Positions 20,923-31,700 of a DNA stretch of 48,276 bases are shown here, piece by piece. Each line of letters opens with the position of its first letter. The stretch's first letter is position 1. A model generated the notes under the pieces. That model saw only the letters and a list, made by a program, of their open reading frames with translations, was not told the DNA's origin and did no database searches. Source of the DNA: Cyanophora paradoxa CCMP329 (Eukaryota > Plantae > Glaucophyta); contig QPMI01000359.1 in the NCBI GenBank assembly GCA_004431415.1, positions 1 through 48,276 of the forward strand. Reading direction: 5' to 3'. The translations under genes were made by a program, and so were the position numbers.

Positions 20923-23320
20923 TCACGCGGCGCCGAACTCGAGCCTCGCGTACAGCGCCCGCTGCTGGTCGAGCAGCGCGGGGCCCGCCGCCTCCTCCGA
21001 GGCCGGCGCCGGAGGCGGCGCGGGGCGCTCGCGGGACGCCCCCGCAGACGCTGCGCTCGACGAGCTCGCGCCCGCCCCGGCGCCCGGCCCGGGCACCAGG
21101 TCCAGCTGGCGGCGCCGCGTCAGCAGTGCCGCGCCTGAACAGGGCACCGAACGAAGCGCGAACGCACGCGGCAGAAGCGCTGGCGGCCGCAGAAGTCGAG
21201 GTGGACGCTCACGAGCTCCAGGCGGGACCCGTCCTCCCCCTGCGAGAACGAGCGCGGTGAGAGAGGAAAAGAAGCGGGGAGGGAGGGGGGAGGGAGAGGA
21301 CCGGGGGAAGGGAGGCGAGGGCGTGGCGGATGAGGGGCGGGTGCGTGGGGTCCGTCTCGAGCCAGAGGGAGCCCCCCGGGACCAGCAGCCGCGGCGCGTG
21401 CCTCAGCAGCTGCCCCGGCCGTCAGCCAGCGCAGGCGCGGCGCGGGGAGGCGAGCGGAGCGCTCGCCTGGCGGATGACGCCCATGCCGTCGGGGCCGCCG
21501 TCCAGCGCCAGCCGGTCCTCGTACGCCCGCACCTGCCCCACGCCGCCCCCGCTGAGCGAGGGAGGGACGCGGGGCGGAGACCGGGCCAGGGTGGTCCGGC
21601 CCAGGCCGGCGTAGCGCGGGGGGCGGGAGGGAAGGGGGCGGGCGGGGGCGGGCCGCGCACCTCGGGCATGAGGGTGTCGACCTCGAGGGAGGGGATGTAC
21701 GGCGGGTTCGACGCCAGCACCTCGAACCGCTCTGCCGCGCCCCGGCGTCGGGGGGGCGGCCGGGGGGGCGGCCGGGGGAGGGGGCGGCAGCCCGGAGGGG
21801 GAAGGGAGGGGGCGGGTGCGGGGGCGGGGGCGGACCGCCGGCGTAGGCCTCGGCGAAGGCCTCGAAGGGGGCGCAGGCGACTCGCACGCGCCCCGCGAGC
21901 CGCAGCCGCGCCGCGTTCTCCCGCGCCAGCTCCGCCGCCGCCGGGCTCGCGTCCACCGCCACCCCCTCGCTCCCCGGCAGCGCCTGCCCAAGATCCAGGG
22001 CGTGAGGGGCGGGCGGAGGGGGGCGGAGGGGGGAGGAAAGGGGGCACGGCGCGGACCGTGAGGAGGGAGAGGATGATGGCGCCCGTACCCGTCCCCACGT
22101 CCAGGATGCGCCGGATGGGTCGCGCCGGGTTCGCCTGCGCGGGGCCGGGTCAAGGGAGGGGGGTGGAGCAGGAAGGGGTACAGGGTGCGCACGCGGGCGG
22201 CGAGGAGAATCAGCTCGACCAGCTCCTCGGTCTCGGGGCGCGGGATCAGCACCGGCGGCCTCACCAGCAGGTTCACCTGATCGGGCCTGAGCTTTGATTT
22301 GATATCGGAGGCGGGCGGGGAGGGGGGTACCTCGTGGAAGTCCCACTCCCCGGCGAGGTACTTGGGGGGTAGGGGGCGTGAGCGGGGGTAGGGCGAAGAC
22401 GGGGTACGGATGCGCGGGCGAGGGGTACCTGGACGGGTACGCGCATGGCGCGGAGGGCGCAGAGGGACGCGATGGCCGCGTGGTCGGCTACCCGCAGGGA
22501 GCTGTACCCCCGCCCGCGGCGTTCGGCGCGGCGCGGCGTAGGGCGACGGAGAAAACAATTCGGCGCACTTGAGCCTGTGGATGCGGAGTCCGCGGCGGCC
22601 GTCGACCAGACCGGCGCCCTGTGCCACGATGTACTCTGCAGGACCCAGCGGGCGTCGGCGGCGGGGGACGGTGCGGCCGGCGGAGCGGGCCCGGCGCACG
22701 GGCGGAGATGTCGGGCTCGGGCACGTGGAGCCTCTCGAGCGCCGCGCCGCACGCTTCCACCGCGTCCTGCGGGCCGCGGCGCGGCGCGCTCAGCAGCGCC
22801 GGCGGACGCCGAGGCGCGCTCGGCGCTTCCTCGCCTGCAGCGTGACGCAGTCGCGCAGCACGCCCTCGAATGTGTGCTGGAGTTCCGCCCTTTCCCGCTC
22901 CCGCTCGCCCTTCCACTGCTCCGGGTTCGGCCACGATATCGACGCGACGGCGCCCTTTGCGGGCTGCGGCCCCGGGGCGTGAGCGAGGCGGAGCGTGGGG
23001 TCATGAGTAGGTACAAGCGCTCACATGTGCGCTGCTCGACGCTCTCCGCTCGACGCTCGCCCGGAAGGCGGAGCACCGGAAGTGCAGATCCCGCGGCTGG
23101 GCGCACAGGCGGCGCTGAATGCGTGACGCGCTGCAGCATCCGCGTGAGGACGCCGGATAGCCGAAACGGGACGGGCCCGTGCGGACCTCGACGTGACCGC
23201 GACCCGACCGCTCGGCAGGCCCCACAGCAGCCCAAGTCGGCAAGCGACGTACGCCGCATGTGCGTTGCTGGACGGCGGCGCCGCCAAGCCGGCTATGCTG
23301 GTGAAGCCCGCGCGGCGCAT
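20923..23320 (-). CDS. HEMK1: HemK/PrmC release-factor glutamine N5-methyltransferase, likely organelle-targeted
   Basis: RVPVQ-YLAGEWDF, VRPPVLIPRPETEELVE, ILDVGTGTGAI, AVDASPAA..LAREN, SNPPYI, YEDRLALDGGPDG, DFCGRQRF. There is an Arg/Ser/Ala-rich N-terminal extension; the start at 23320 is a best guess. Confidence 0.9.
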
Positions 23321-23759
23321 CGCACTCAGATTCGATCCAGGGGGACGCGTACCCCACTAGCTCAAGGCCTGGAAGGCCAAGCTCGCGCGGCGCCGGCACT
23401 GCAGCAATCGCCGCTAAAGCTTAGGCTCGTGTGGTGAGGGCCGGCGCCGGCCGCTGGCGCCGGCCGCTGGCGCCGGCCGCGGGGCGCCGGCGTCGTCGAG
23501 CGTCATGATCATGCATGCGCTGCCTCGAGCTCTGTCAGCCTGGCAGCGCGCGTCCCATGCCGCAAGCACTGGCGTTGCCTCGCCCTGAGCTATAGGCCTC
23601 TCGCAGTCCCGGCCGCGTTAGCGTTCCATGGCCATGCGCCCGCGGATTAATATTGGGCCAGTGCCGCTCATTGTTCCTATAGCTAGCACACAAACAGCGG
23701 CGGCGCGGCCCCAAAAGGCGAGGGCTGGCTACAGCTAGAGCGCGGCGGCGGGGGGCGCC

Positions 23760-26266
23760 TCAGATGTTGGCGGGCTTGAAGATGTTGAAGCCGTCCGCCG
23801 CCGTCGAGATCAGCACCCCCGGCATCTGAGCGAGGCGGGGGCGCAGTTCAGGGGGGCGGAGGGGAGGGGAGGGATCGGGGGGAGGGGGCGGCGGCTCGCC
23901 TGCGGGTGCCAGTGGACCTCCTTGATGTCCTGCTGGCCCTGCGGGGAAGGCGTGCTCGATTCCGGGGGGTACAGCCGGGAGCTCGAGCGGGGGGTACGGG
24001 CGCACGGAGTGGACGAAGAGGAGCTGCGGGGGGAACTCCTCCTCGGTCGTGTCGTCGTCGTCCTTCTCGAGCGACAGGTCCCAGATCGTGACCTGGGGAG
24101 AGGGGGGTACGTGATTCAGAGGGTCGGGGGGGGGGGCGGGGGCGCGGGGGGCGTACGGTGTTGTCTGCGCAGGAGAGGGCGAGGGAGGAGGACTCGTTCG
24201 GGTTCCACTCGATGGACGAGATCGGCTGCGGGAGAGGCGGGTAAAATCGCTCAGGGCGGGGAGGGGTACGCTGGCATCGAATTCGGGGGGTACCTTCGTG
24301 TGGTACTTGAAGTGGACGAGGGGCGCGTCGCTGCGGGCGGCGCGGCGTGGGCGGGGGACGGGGGCCAAGCGAAGGGGGGTACGCACGCTTTGAAGGCGCG
24401 GAGGTCCCATATCTTGAAGGACCCGTCGTCCGCCCCGGAGGCCATCAGGTACGTCACCAGCCTGGGGTACGCCGTCAAACCGGGGGGGGGGGGAAGAGCC
24501 GGGGGCGGGCGGGCCGGTTCCAGGAGATGACGTTGGCGTCGGTACCCGGGTGGGCGTCCACGGAGAGGGCCGCCGCGGCGCGCTTGCGGGCGTCCCAGAT
24601 CCTCACCGTCCCGTCCGCCGAGCACGAGGCAAAGACCTGCGCCCGCCCGCGCCCTCGGAAAGAGGTCGGGGGGGGAGGGGGGGGGGGGGGGGGGACCTCG
24701 GCCTCGGTGGGGGACCACTGGAGGTCCTCCACGGAGCCGCTGTGCCCCGCGAAGGCCTGCCCCTCCACGTTCCAGCGGCCCCCCGGCGTCGGCTCCCACA
24801 CGTGGATCCCCTTCTTGCAGTCCCCCGTCGCCAGCCTGCGCCCCGAGCGGGGAAGGTCAGGCGAGGGCCGGGCGGGGCGGGGCGGGGCGGGGCGGGGCGG
24901 GGCGGGGCGGGGCGGGGCTCGGGTAGCTCGGACCGGGCGGGGGTCACCGGGGACCAGTCGATGGCGAAGCCCTCGTCCTTGTGGCCCTTGAAAGTCTGCA
25001 GCGGCGCCACCTGAGGCGCGGCGACCCGCCCGGTCAGAGAGAGCGAGGGGAGAGGCCTCGGCGTCGCGCGCGGCGTCGCGCGGGGGCTTGCCTTGTTGGG
25101 GTCGGCGAGGGCGCGGGCCTGGGGGACGGGCGGGGGCCGGTCCTGGAGCTTGGCGAGGGAGGCGGAGATGTCCCAGACGTGCACGGCGCCCGTCTCCGCC
25201 CAGTCCGCCACCAGCTCCGGCTTCTGCGGGCAGCTCTGCGCCCCGTCGGCTCGGCTCAGCGGGGCGGAGCTCGGGGGAGCGCCGGGTCGCTCGCTCTCAC
25301 CCGGACGCGGTTGACGCCGCCCTCGTGCTTGACCTGCTTGTGCTGCAGCACCGGTTCGTCCTCCGCGTCGCTGTCCTCGTCGTCCTCCTCTGCAGCCGCC
25401 GCCCGCGCCCGCGCGCGTGGGCCGCGGGCGCGGGCGGTGCGGTCGTGCTGGGCTCGCGCACCGTCGCTGTTCTCGGGGTGGCTGGTGCGGTGCAGGTCCG
25501 AGAGCTTCATGACGTAGAGCTTGTTGTTCGACGCCCGGTCCGCCTGCGTGCCCGCCACGAAGAAGCACGTCATCGGGAACTGCGGCCGCGGCGGGCGCCC
25601 GTGAGCGGCGGCGGGCGGCGGGCGGCGGCGGGCGGCGAGGGGCGGCGCGACGCGGGCGCGCCTTTGTCCTGTGCGCGCCGAGCGTGTCGCGGATGATGTC
25701 TATGGAGAGGCAGGGCCACTCGGCGTTCAGCGAGTGGTACATGGTGTACGCGGTCTGGTCGAACTCCAGCGTCTCGCCCTCCGCCAGCTCGTCGACGCCA
25801 GGCCGGAACACCTGCAAGCGGCCGCACGGCTCGGGAGCACGCCCCGCCGCCGGCGCGGCGCTCGCGGCCGACCTTCGTCGGCCCCGCGGGCTTCTTCGCC
25901 GAGCCCGAGGCGCCCCCTTCCTCCTTCATCGCATCTTCGCCTTCCTCGTCGCCGCCGCCGTCCTCATCCTCCTCGCCCTCTGCGGAGTCGCGACCGCGAG
26001 ATCAGCCGCACGACGCGGCGGCCGATCCCCGAGCCGCGGGCCCGGCGCGCGGCCTCGGCGATCCCAAGGCAAGCTAGGCACTCGAAAATGCCCGCGCGCA
26101 CGCGGGCGGCGCCCCGGGGCGCACCGCCGGCGTCCTCGACCTCTTCCTCTTCTAGCTCGTCCTCGAACGGGTCCTCGAAGCGCAGGTTGTCCGCGGTCTC
26201 CTCCTCGTCCTTCGGGCGGGTCACGGGCAGCTCCTCCTCCGGCTGGCGCTTCTTGGACTTTCCCAT
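23760..26266 (-). CDS. GRWD1: Glutamate-rich WD40 protein / ribosome assembly factor RRB1
   Basis: LRFEDPFEDE, LEFDQTAYTMYHSLNAEWPCLSIDIIRD, VAGTQAD, HEGGVNRVR, GHKDEGFAIDWS, GHSGSVEDLQWSPTE, NVISWN, FPPQLLFVH, TAADGFNIFKPANI*. Confidence 0.92.
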
Positions 26267-26896
26267 CGTGTACAATACGTGGGTTCGGCGCCGGGGGGGA
26301 GGGTTTAGAGGTGTGCGACGAAGCCGAGCGATCCCGGCGCTCCCACACGCGCTGGATGACCTGTTGGATCGGTCCGATCACAAACCAGGTGCTCTGAAGT
26401 AGCCACTCGCTTAGCTGCGCGCTCAGCTGGCCCACATCGCGTGGCGGATCGCCGATCGCACTTGGTGATGTTATTTGGTGATCTTTGCGTGACCGGGACC
26501 GTGCAGATCACGCCGCTGCCGCCCCTCGCGGCGTGGCAGTCCGGCTCCAAGCGCTCCTGCCGACTCGACGCTCTCCGACGAGGCAGCGAGGCGGTCGGCC
26601 GGCAGAGGCGATCGACAGCCGCCTTCCACGCACCCTCTGCGCAGGCGACGCGCGCGTGGCTTGCAACCCGGTCGCAAGGTGCGCCGCTTGTTTGATTTGG
26701 AAACCGCGGCGGCGCTTTCCTCCGCACAGCGTCAGCTCTAGCTGAGAGCGCGTGCCGCGCACTTTGAAGCTGCTCACTGCGCCGCCGCTCTGCAGGTGGC
26801 CGGCTTCTGCTCGGGCGAGCAAGGGGCGCTCTAGCGAGCGGCTCAGCGGGCTTCCAGCCGCAGCGGCAGAGGCCCGCGCGAGCGGCGTCGCTCGCG

Positions 26897-28056
26897 ATGG
26901 CGGCCAGTGGGGCGGAGGAGGCGGCGGGCCTCCCGCTCGCCTTTGCGGGCGACTCGAGGGGCGGCAGCGGCGACGAGGCGGCCGACCGCGAGGCATCGGC
27001 GCAGGAGGAGGCGCGGGCCGCCCGGCGGGCCCTCTGCCCCACCTGCCGGCGCATCGTCGGTGCGGGAAGTGCCCCCCGCGTCGCCCCGCCCGGCCCGCCC
27101 CGCCCCGGCCCGCCCCGCTGACGGCCCGGCCGCAGCGAACTGCATCTGCGCGGCGCTGCCGGCGGAGCGGCCGCTGCCGCTGGGCCGCGCCGCCGGCATG
27201 CGCATCCTCATCCTGCAGGCGCCTTCCGCCCCCCCCTTTGCCTCCCCCGAGGCCGCCGGGCGCCGCCTGACCTGCCCGGCGCGCAGCACCCCGCCGAGGC
27301 GAAGGAGTTCAAGAACACGTGAGCCGCCCCGCCCGCCCCTCGCCCCTTTCATTTCCCGCCCCGCCGCGCGCCCGAGCGCGCCGGGCGGGGCGCAGGGTGG
27401 GGATCCTGGAGCTGTGCCTGCCGGAGGGGGCGGTGGTGGTGCGGAGGGGCAAGCTGTTCGGGCCGCGGAACTGCCCGGAGCTGCCCGAGGTCCTCGCCGC
27501 CGCCGCCGCCGGCCGCGCCTTCCTCCTCTTCCCCGACGACACCGCCTGTACCCCCGCCGACCTCGCCCCCCCGTCCGGCCCCGGCGGGCCCGCCTCCTCC
27601 CCCCGCCCCATCGACTGGCTCGTCGTCCTCGACGGTACCCCTGCGTCTCCTTTTCGATCCCGGCAGCCGCCCGATTCGCGTACCCCGGCAGGGACGTGGA
27701 CGGCGTGCAAGCGGATGTTCCGGGGCAACGCGGAGCGCCTCGCGCCGCTGCGGAGGCTCGCGATCGACGCCGCGGGGCCTTCACGCCACCGCATCCGCGT
27801 CCAGCCCCAGGCGCGTACCCCCCTCCTTTCTTCCCCCCCCCCTCATCTCTCTGTGCAGGAGGGGTACCTGTGCACGCTGGAGGCGGTGGCGGCGGTGCTG
27901 GCGGCGGTGGAGGGCGGCGAGGCGGGCGAGCGGCTCGCCGCGGGCCTCCTCCGGCCCCTCGACGCCGTCTGCGCCACGTGGGCCGCCAACGCCGGCTGGG
28001 GGCACCCGGGCGAGGACGGGGGCGGGGGCGGCGCGGGGAGGGGCGAGCCCAGCTAG
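26897..28056 (+). CDS. DTWD2: DTW-domain tRNA-uridine aminocarboxypropyltransferase (DTWD2/TapT-like), copy 1, 6 exons
   Basis: CPTCRR..NCIC zinc knuckle, ILILQ-HPAE...NT, LLFP, LVVLD-GTW (DXTW motif), RIRVQPQ-EGYLCTLEAVA. Confidence 0.88.
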
Positions 28057-28729
28057 TATGTGAAGCTTAGCTTCTCTTCAATGACATGCATATGGCCGCT
28101 GAAGCGCTTTCCGAAGTCCTGGAAGCACCTTTCTATAGCTCTTAGAAGCTCAAGTTGTGCTGGCCGTGGCGGCGGTGTCACGGTGGCTTGGGGCCCTCCC
28201 TTTCCCCCCCTCCTCCCCTCCGCTCTCGTGCCCTCCTCTCCGGATCCAGGCCTTGGGAGTGGCGCCCGCCATTATACAATACACCCATTTACAATGTGCA
28301 CAAATCGCGGTCGGCTACACGTACAGGCAGAATGCTACGTCACTCGGCTCGGGAAACTACAGTACAGCTACAGATGCAGGCCACATGTGCAGCTCCACAC
28401 ACTCCATGATGCAGTGTACCGTTAGTACTATAGCTAGTGCTAGTCGACGTCATTGCTATAGCTAGCTCCAACACAGATTCTCATCCGCCTACTGCGCGTG
28501 TGTACAACAAAACCTATTGAATTCAGTCGGGCTAATCGAGAAAAACAATTGAAAGCCACATTACAAAATCGATGTCAGAGGACATCGCAAAAATCCTATA
28601 TAGCTAGCTGAATTCGAAGTTACTAGGCTAGCTCGTATAGTACGCCTCAAACAGTGCGTTTCAAACAGATCATGAAAATGTTTGTGATGATCGCAGCGAA
28701 TTCGAAGGTCTCGAATGATAAAAGAGGCC

Positions 28730-31700
28730 CTAGGCGTCGGAGGCGGCGACGCTGCGCGGGGCCCGGTGAGGAGGCAGCGCGGGGCGGGGCCGGGCGGGGG
28801 CGCGCCGGGCGAGGAGGCGGGAGAGGTGCGCCTTGATGGCCGGCGTCGCCTCGATCACCTGCGCATGCGCCCCCGCGCGTCGCGCCCGGGCCCCAGCTCG
28901 CCGGCAAGGGCGGGCGGGGCGGGACACGGGGGCCGGCGGCTCGCCTCGGGGGCAGCATGAGGAACATGAAGACCGTCCTGCCGCGCCCCGGGGCCCGTCA
29001 GAGGGGCGGGGGCGGGGGCGGGGGCAGTGCGAAAAGCTTCGGGAGGGGGCGCGCCGGCGCGACTCGTCGGTGAGGTCGGCGACGATGCGGCGGAAGACGA
29101 AGAGGTACCTGCGCGGCGGGGGCGGGGCGGGGTCGGCCCGGGGCGCAGCAGCGGGGCGGGGCGGGGGCGGGGGCGGGACTCGAGGAGGAGGGCGGCGAGG
29201 ATGAGGGCGAAGAAGGCGGCCTGCAGGCCCGCGAAGGCGCGCAGGCGGGCCGTGCCCTCCTCCACGTACAGGTCCCCAAGCGAGGCCAGCGCCGGCTGCA
29301 GCGCCGGCACGTTCGCCCGCGCGAGCAGCCGCAGCGCAGGGGACGAGGGCGGCAGGGCCTCGGGCCCCGGGGCGGCGGCGGCGAGGCCGGCCGCCTCGAC
29401 GAAGCGGAGGAGCAGCGCCTCGAGGCCGCTCGCGAAGAGCTCCGGCGCCCCCGCGCACTCCCCTGCCCCGCCCCGCCGCCGCTGTGAGCGCGGAGCCTTT
29501 GCGCGGGGTCGACGCCGGCGCACCGGGGTCGACGTTGAGGCAGGTCTTGCGGAAGAGGAGCTGCGGCGGGGCGTGAGCGCCGCCGGCCGAGGGGGAGGGG
29601 CTAAGAGCGGGGTGCGGGGCGGACGGCGTCGACGGGGGCGTAGCGGTGGAGGGAGCCCGGGAGGCCCTCCGACGCGTTCCCGAAGAGCAGGCTCGAGTGC
29701 ACCGAGCGGAGCTGCGCGAAGTCTCGGGGAAGGACGCGCGGGGGGCGAGGGGCGGGGCGGGGCGGGGGCACGAGCTGGAGGTAGGCGGCGGCGTGGCGGG
29801 CGTGCTCGTGGAAGGCGTCGGGGCGGGTGGCGGCGCGGCGGGCGTGGAAGTGGATGGCGAGGGGCAGGGAGCGGGCGAGGCCGGCGAAGTTGCGCTCCTT
29901 GGAGAAGAACTCGCTGGCCGCCGCCGCCTGCATGCCCGCCCCGAACCACGCGAGGAAGAGGAGGAAGAGGAGCAGGAAGGCCGCCCCGTACTGCACCGTC
30001 GCCCCCGCCGGCCGCCCCGCCCCGCGCCCCAGCCGCCCCCGCAGCGTTTTGACGAGGCGGGCGAGGCGCCCCGGCGGGGGGGGCGGGAGGGAGCCGCGGC
30101 GCCGGGGGAGGCGGAGGGGCGGCGCCCGCCGCGGCCCGAGCCGGGGGCGGGGGCGGGGCGGGGCGGCGGCGGCGGGGTCCTCGACCTCGTCTGCAGGCAG
30201 CCGGTCAGAGACAGGGGCAGGAGGGGCCGGGGGCCGGGGGGACGGAGCGGGCGGGGGGTACCCTCGAGGTCGGCGAGGACGTCGGCGCAGTCGCTCTCGT
30301 CGGAGGCGGCGCCGGGGCCGGGGCCCTCGCCGGGAGCGCCCCGCCCCGCGATCAGCGCCCGGGGGATCCCCCGGAAGAGCGCTGCGCCGGCCGGCCGCCC
30401 GCTAGAATCAGCGGGGAGAGGGGGGTGGGGGGTGGGGGCGCGGGGTACCGAGGGCGGCCTGCTTCTCGCGGTGGACGGCGGCGACGGTGGGGCGGAGGAC
30501 GCCGAGCGCGAGGGCGGCGAGGAGGAGGCTCACGCCGGCGAACATGCCGACGAGGAAGAAGCGGATGCGCTGGAAGGACGAGTACGCCCCCCGCTCCACC
30601 TCCGCCGTCGCCGCCACGAACGCCCCGTACAGGCTCACCGCTGCCCGCACCGCCTCGGCTCTCGGCGCGGGCGCGGGGCTTGGGCGGGCGCGAGGAGGGG
30701 CGGGGCACCGTTGCTGTGGAGGAAGAAGAGCTCGCGGTCGAGGGAGCCGTCGCGGAGCTCGGCGAGGGGCGCCCGCGCCACGCGCCGCGCGTGCGAGACG
30801 AGCTCGAGGGCGGCACCCCAGAGGGGCTCCAGGCTCCGCCGCGGGGCCCCGCCGCCCTCGGGGGGCAGCGCGAGGATCGGCACCGACGGCTCCGCGTCCA
30901 TCGTCAGCCGCACGCTCCGCGAGAGCTGCCCCGGCCCCTCAGAGGCGGCCGGGCCGGGCCGGGCCGGGGCGGGGCGGGCCTGGAGGTGGAAGCGCTCCAT
31001 GTCGTCGGCGGCGCGGGCGAGGCGGGCGCGGGAGGCGGCCTCGAGGGTCCCCGCGGGGTCCCACGCCGCGTCCCCCGCTAGCAGCAGATCCTCCGCGAAG
31101 AACGCCGCCTGCAAACGAAGGTGAAGGGGGGGCGGGGGGACTGGGAGGGGGGGAGGGCCCGGCGCGCCTCGTAGGTGAGGCGGCGGCGGTTGCCCGAGTC
31201 GCCCGTCCGCACGATCCCCTCCGCGCTGCCGCCCGTGAGCTGCGGGACCGGCGGCGGGGGGGCGAGGGGGCGGCGGGGGCCGCACAAGGCGTCGAGGAGG
31301 GCGGAGATGCCGAGGAAGGAGCCGACGGCGACGGCGCAGACGGCGGCCAGGCTCGCCAGCAGCGCCCGCCGCGCCAGCCGGATCGAGCCCGCCCGCGCCC
31401 CGGCGCCCCCGCGATCCGCCGCTTGATCGCCCCCCAGCGCTCCAGCCGCCGCCGCTCCCCGCTCCTCGGCGACTCCGCCGCCGCCGCCGCCGCGGGGAGG
31501 CCGCGGCCGTCGGGCCGGGGCCCAGCGCTAGCGCGGCTGCGGAGACGGGGCGCGAGGCGGGGGCGGGGCGGGGGCCGGGCCGAGGCCCGAGTCGAGGCTG
31601 ACGACGCGGGACGGGGGGCGAGGGCGCCGGCGGGGCCCGGGGCCCGGGCGGCTTGGCGGCCTCGCCGGCCTGCTCGGGCGGGGCGGAGCTGGCGCGGCGG

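Noticed and set aside
23440-23492. Three-copy 13-bp GC repeat (CCGCTGGCGCCGG)
   Set aside because: Ordinary short tandem repeat with no further support for function.
8957-28056. Apparent RNA/translation gene cluster (XRN, HemK, GRWD1, DTWD2)
   Set aside because: Mixed orientations, different compartments and unrelated intervening genes; chance adjacency is sufficient.
28060-28465. Short ORFs in the AT-rich DTW/TmcB spacer, identical in both units
   Set aside because: The identity reflects the recent duplication. Codon usage is atypical and the copy-3 flank does not preserve the frames.
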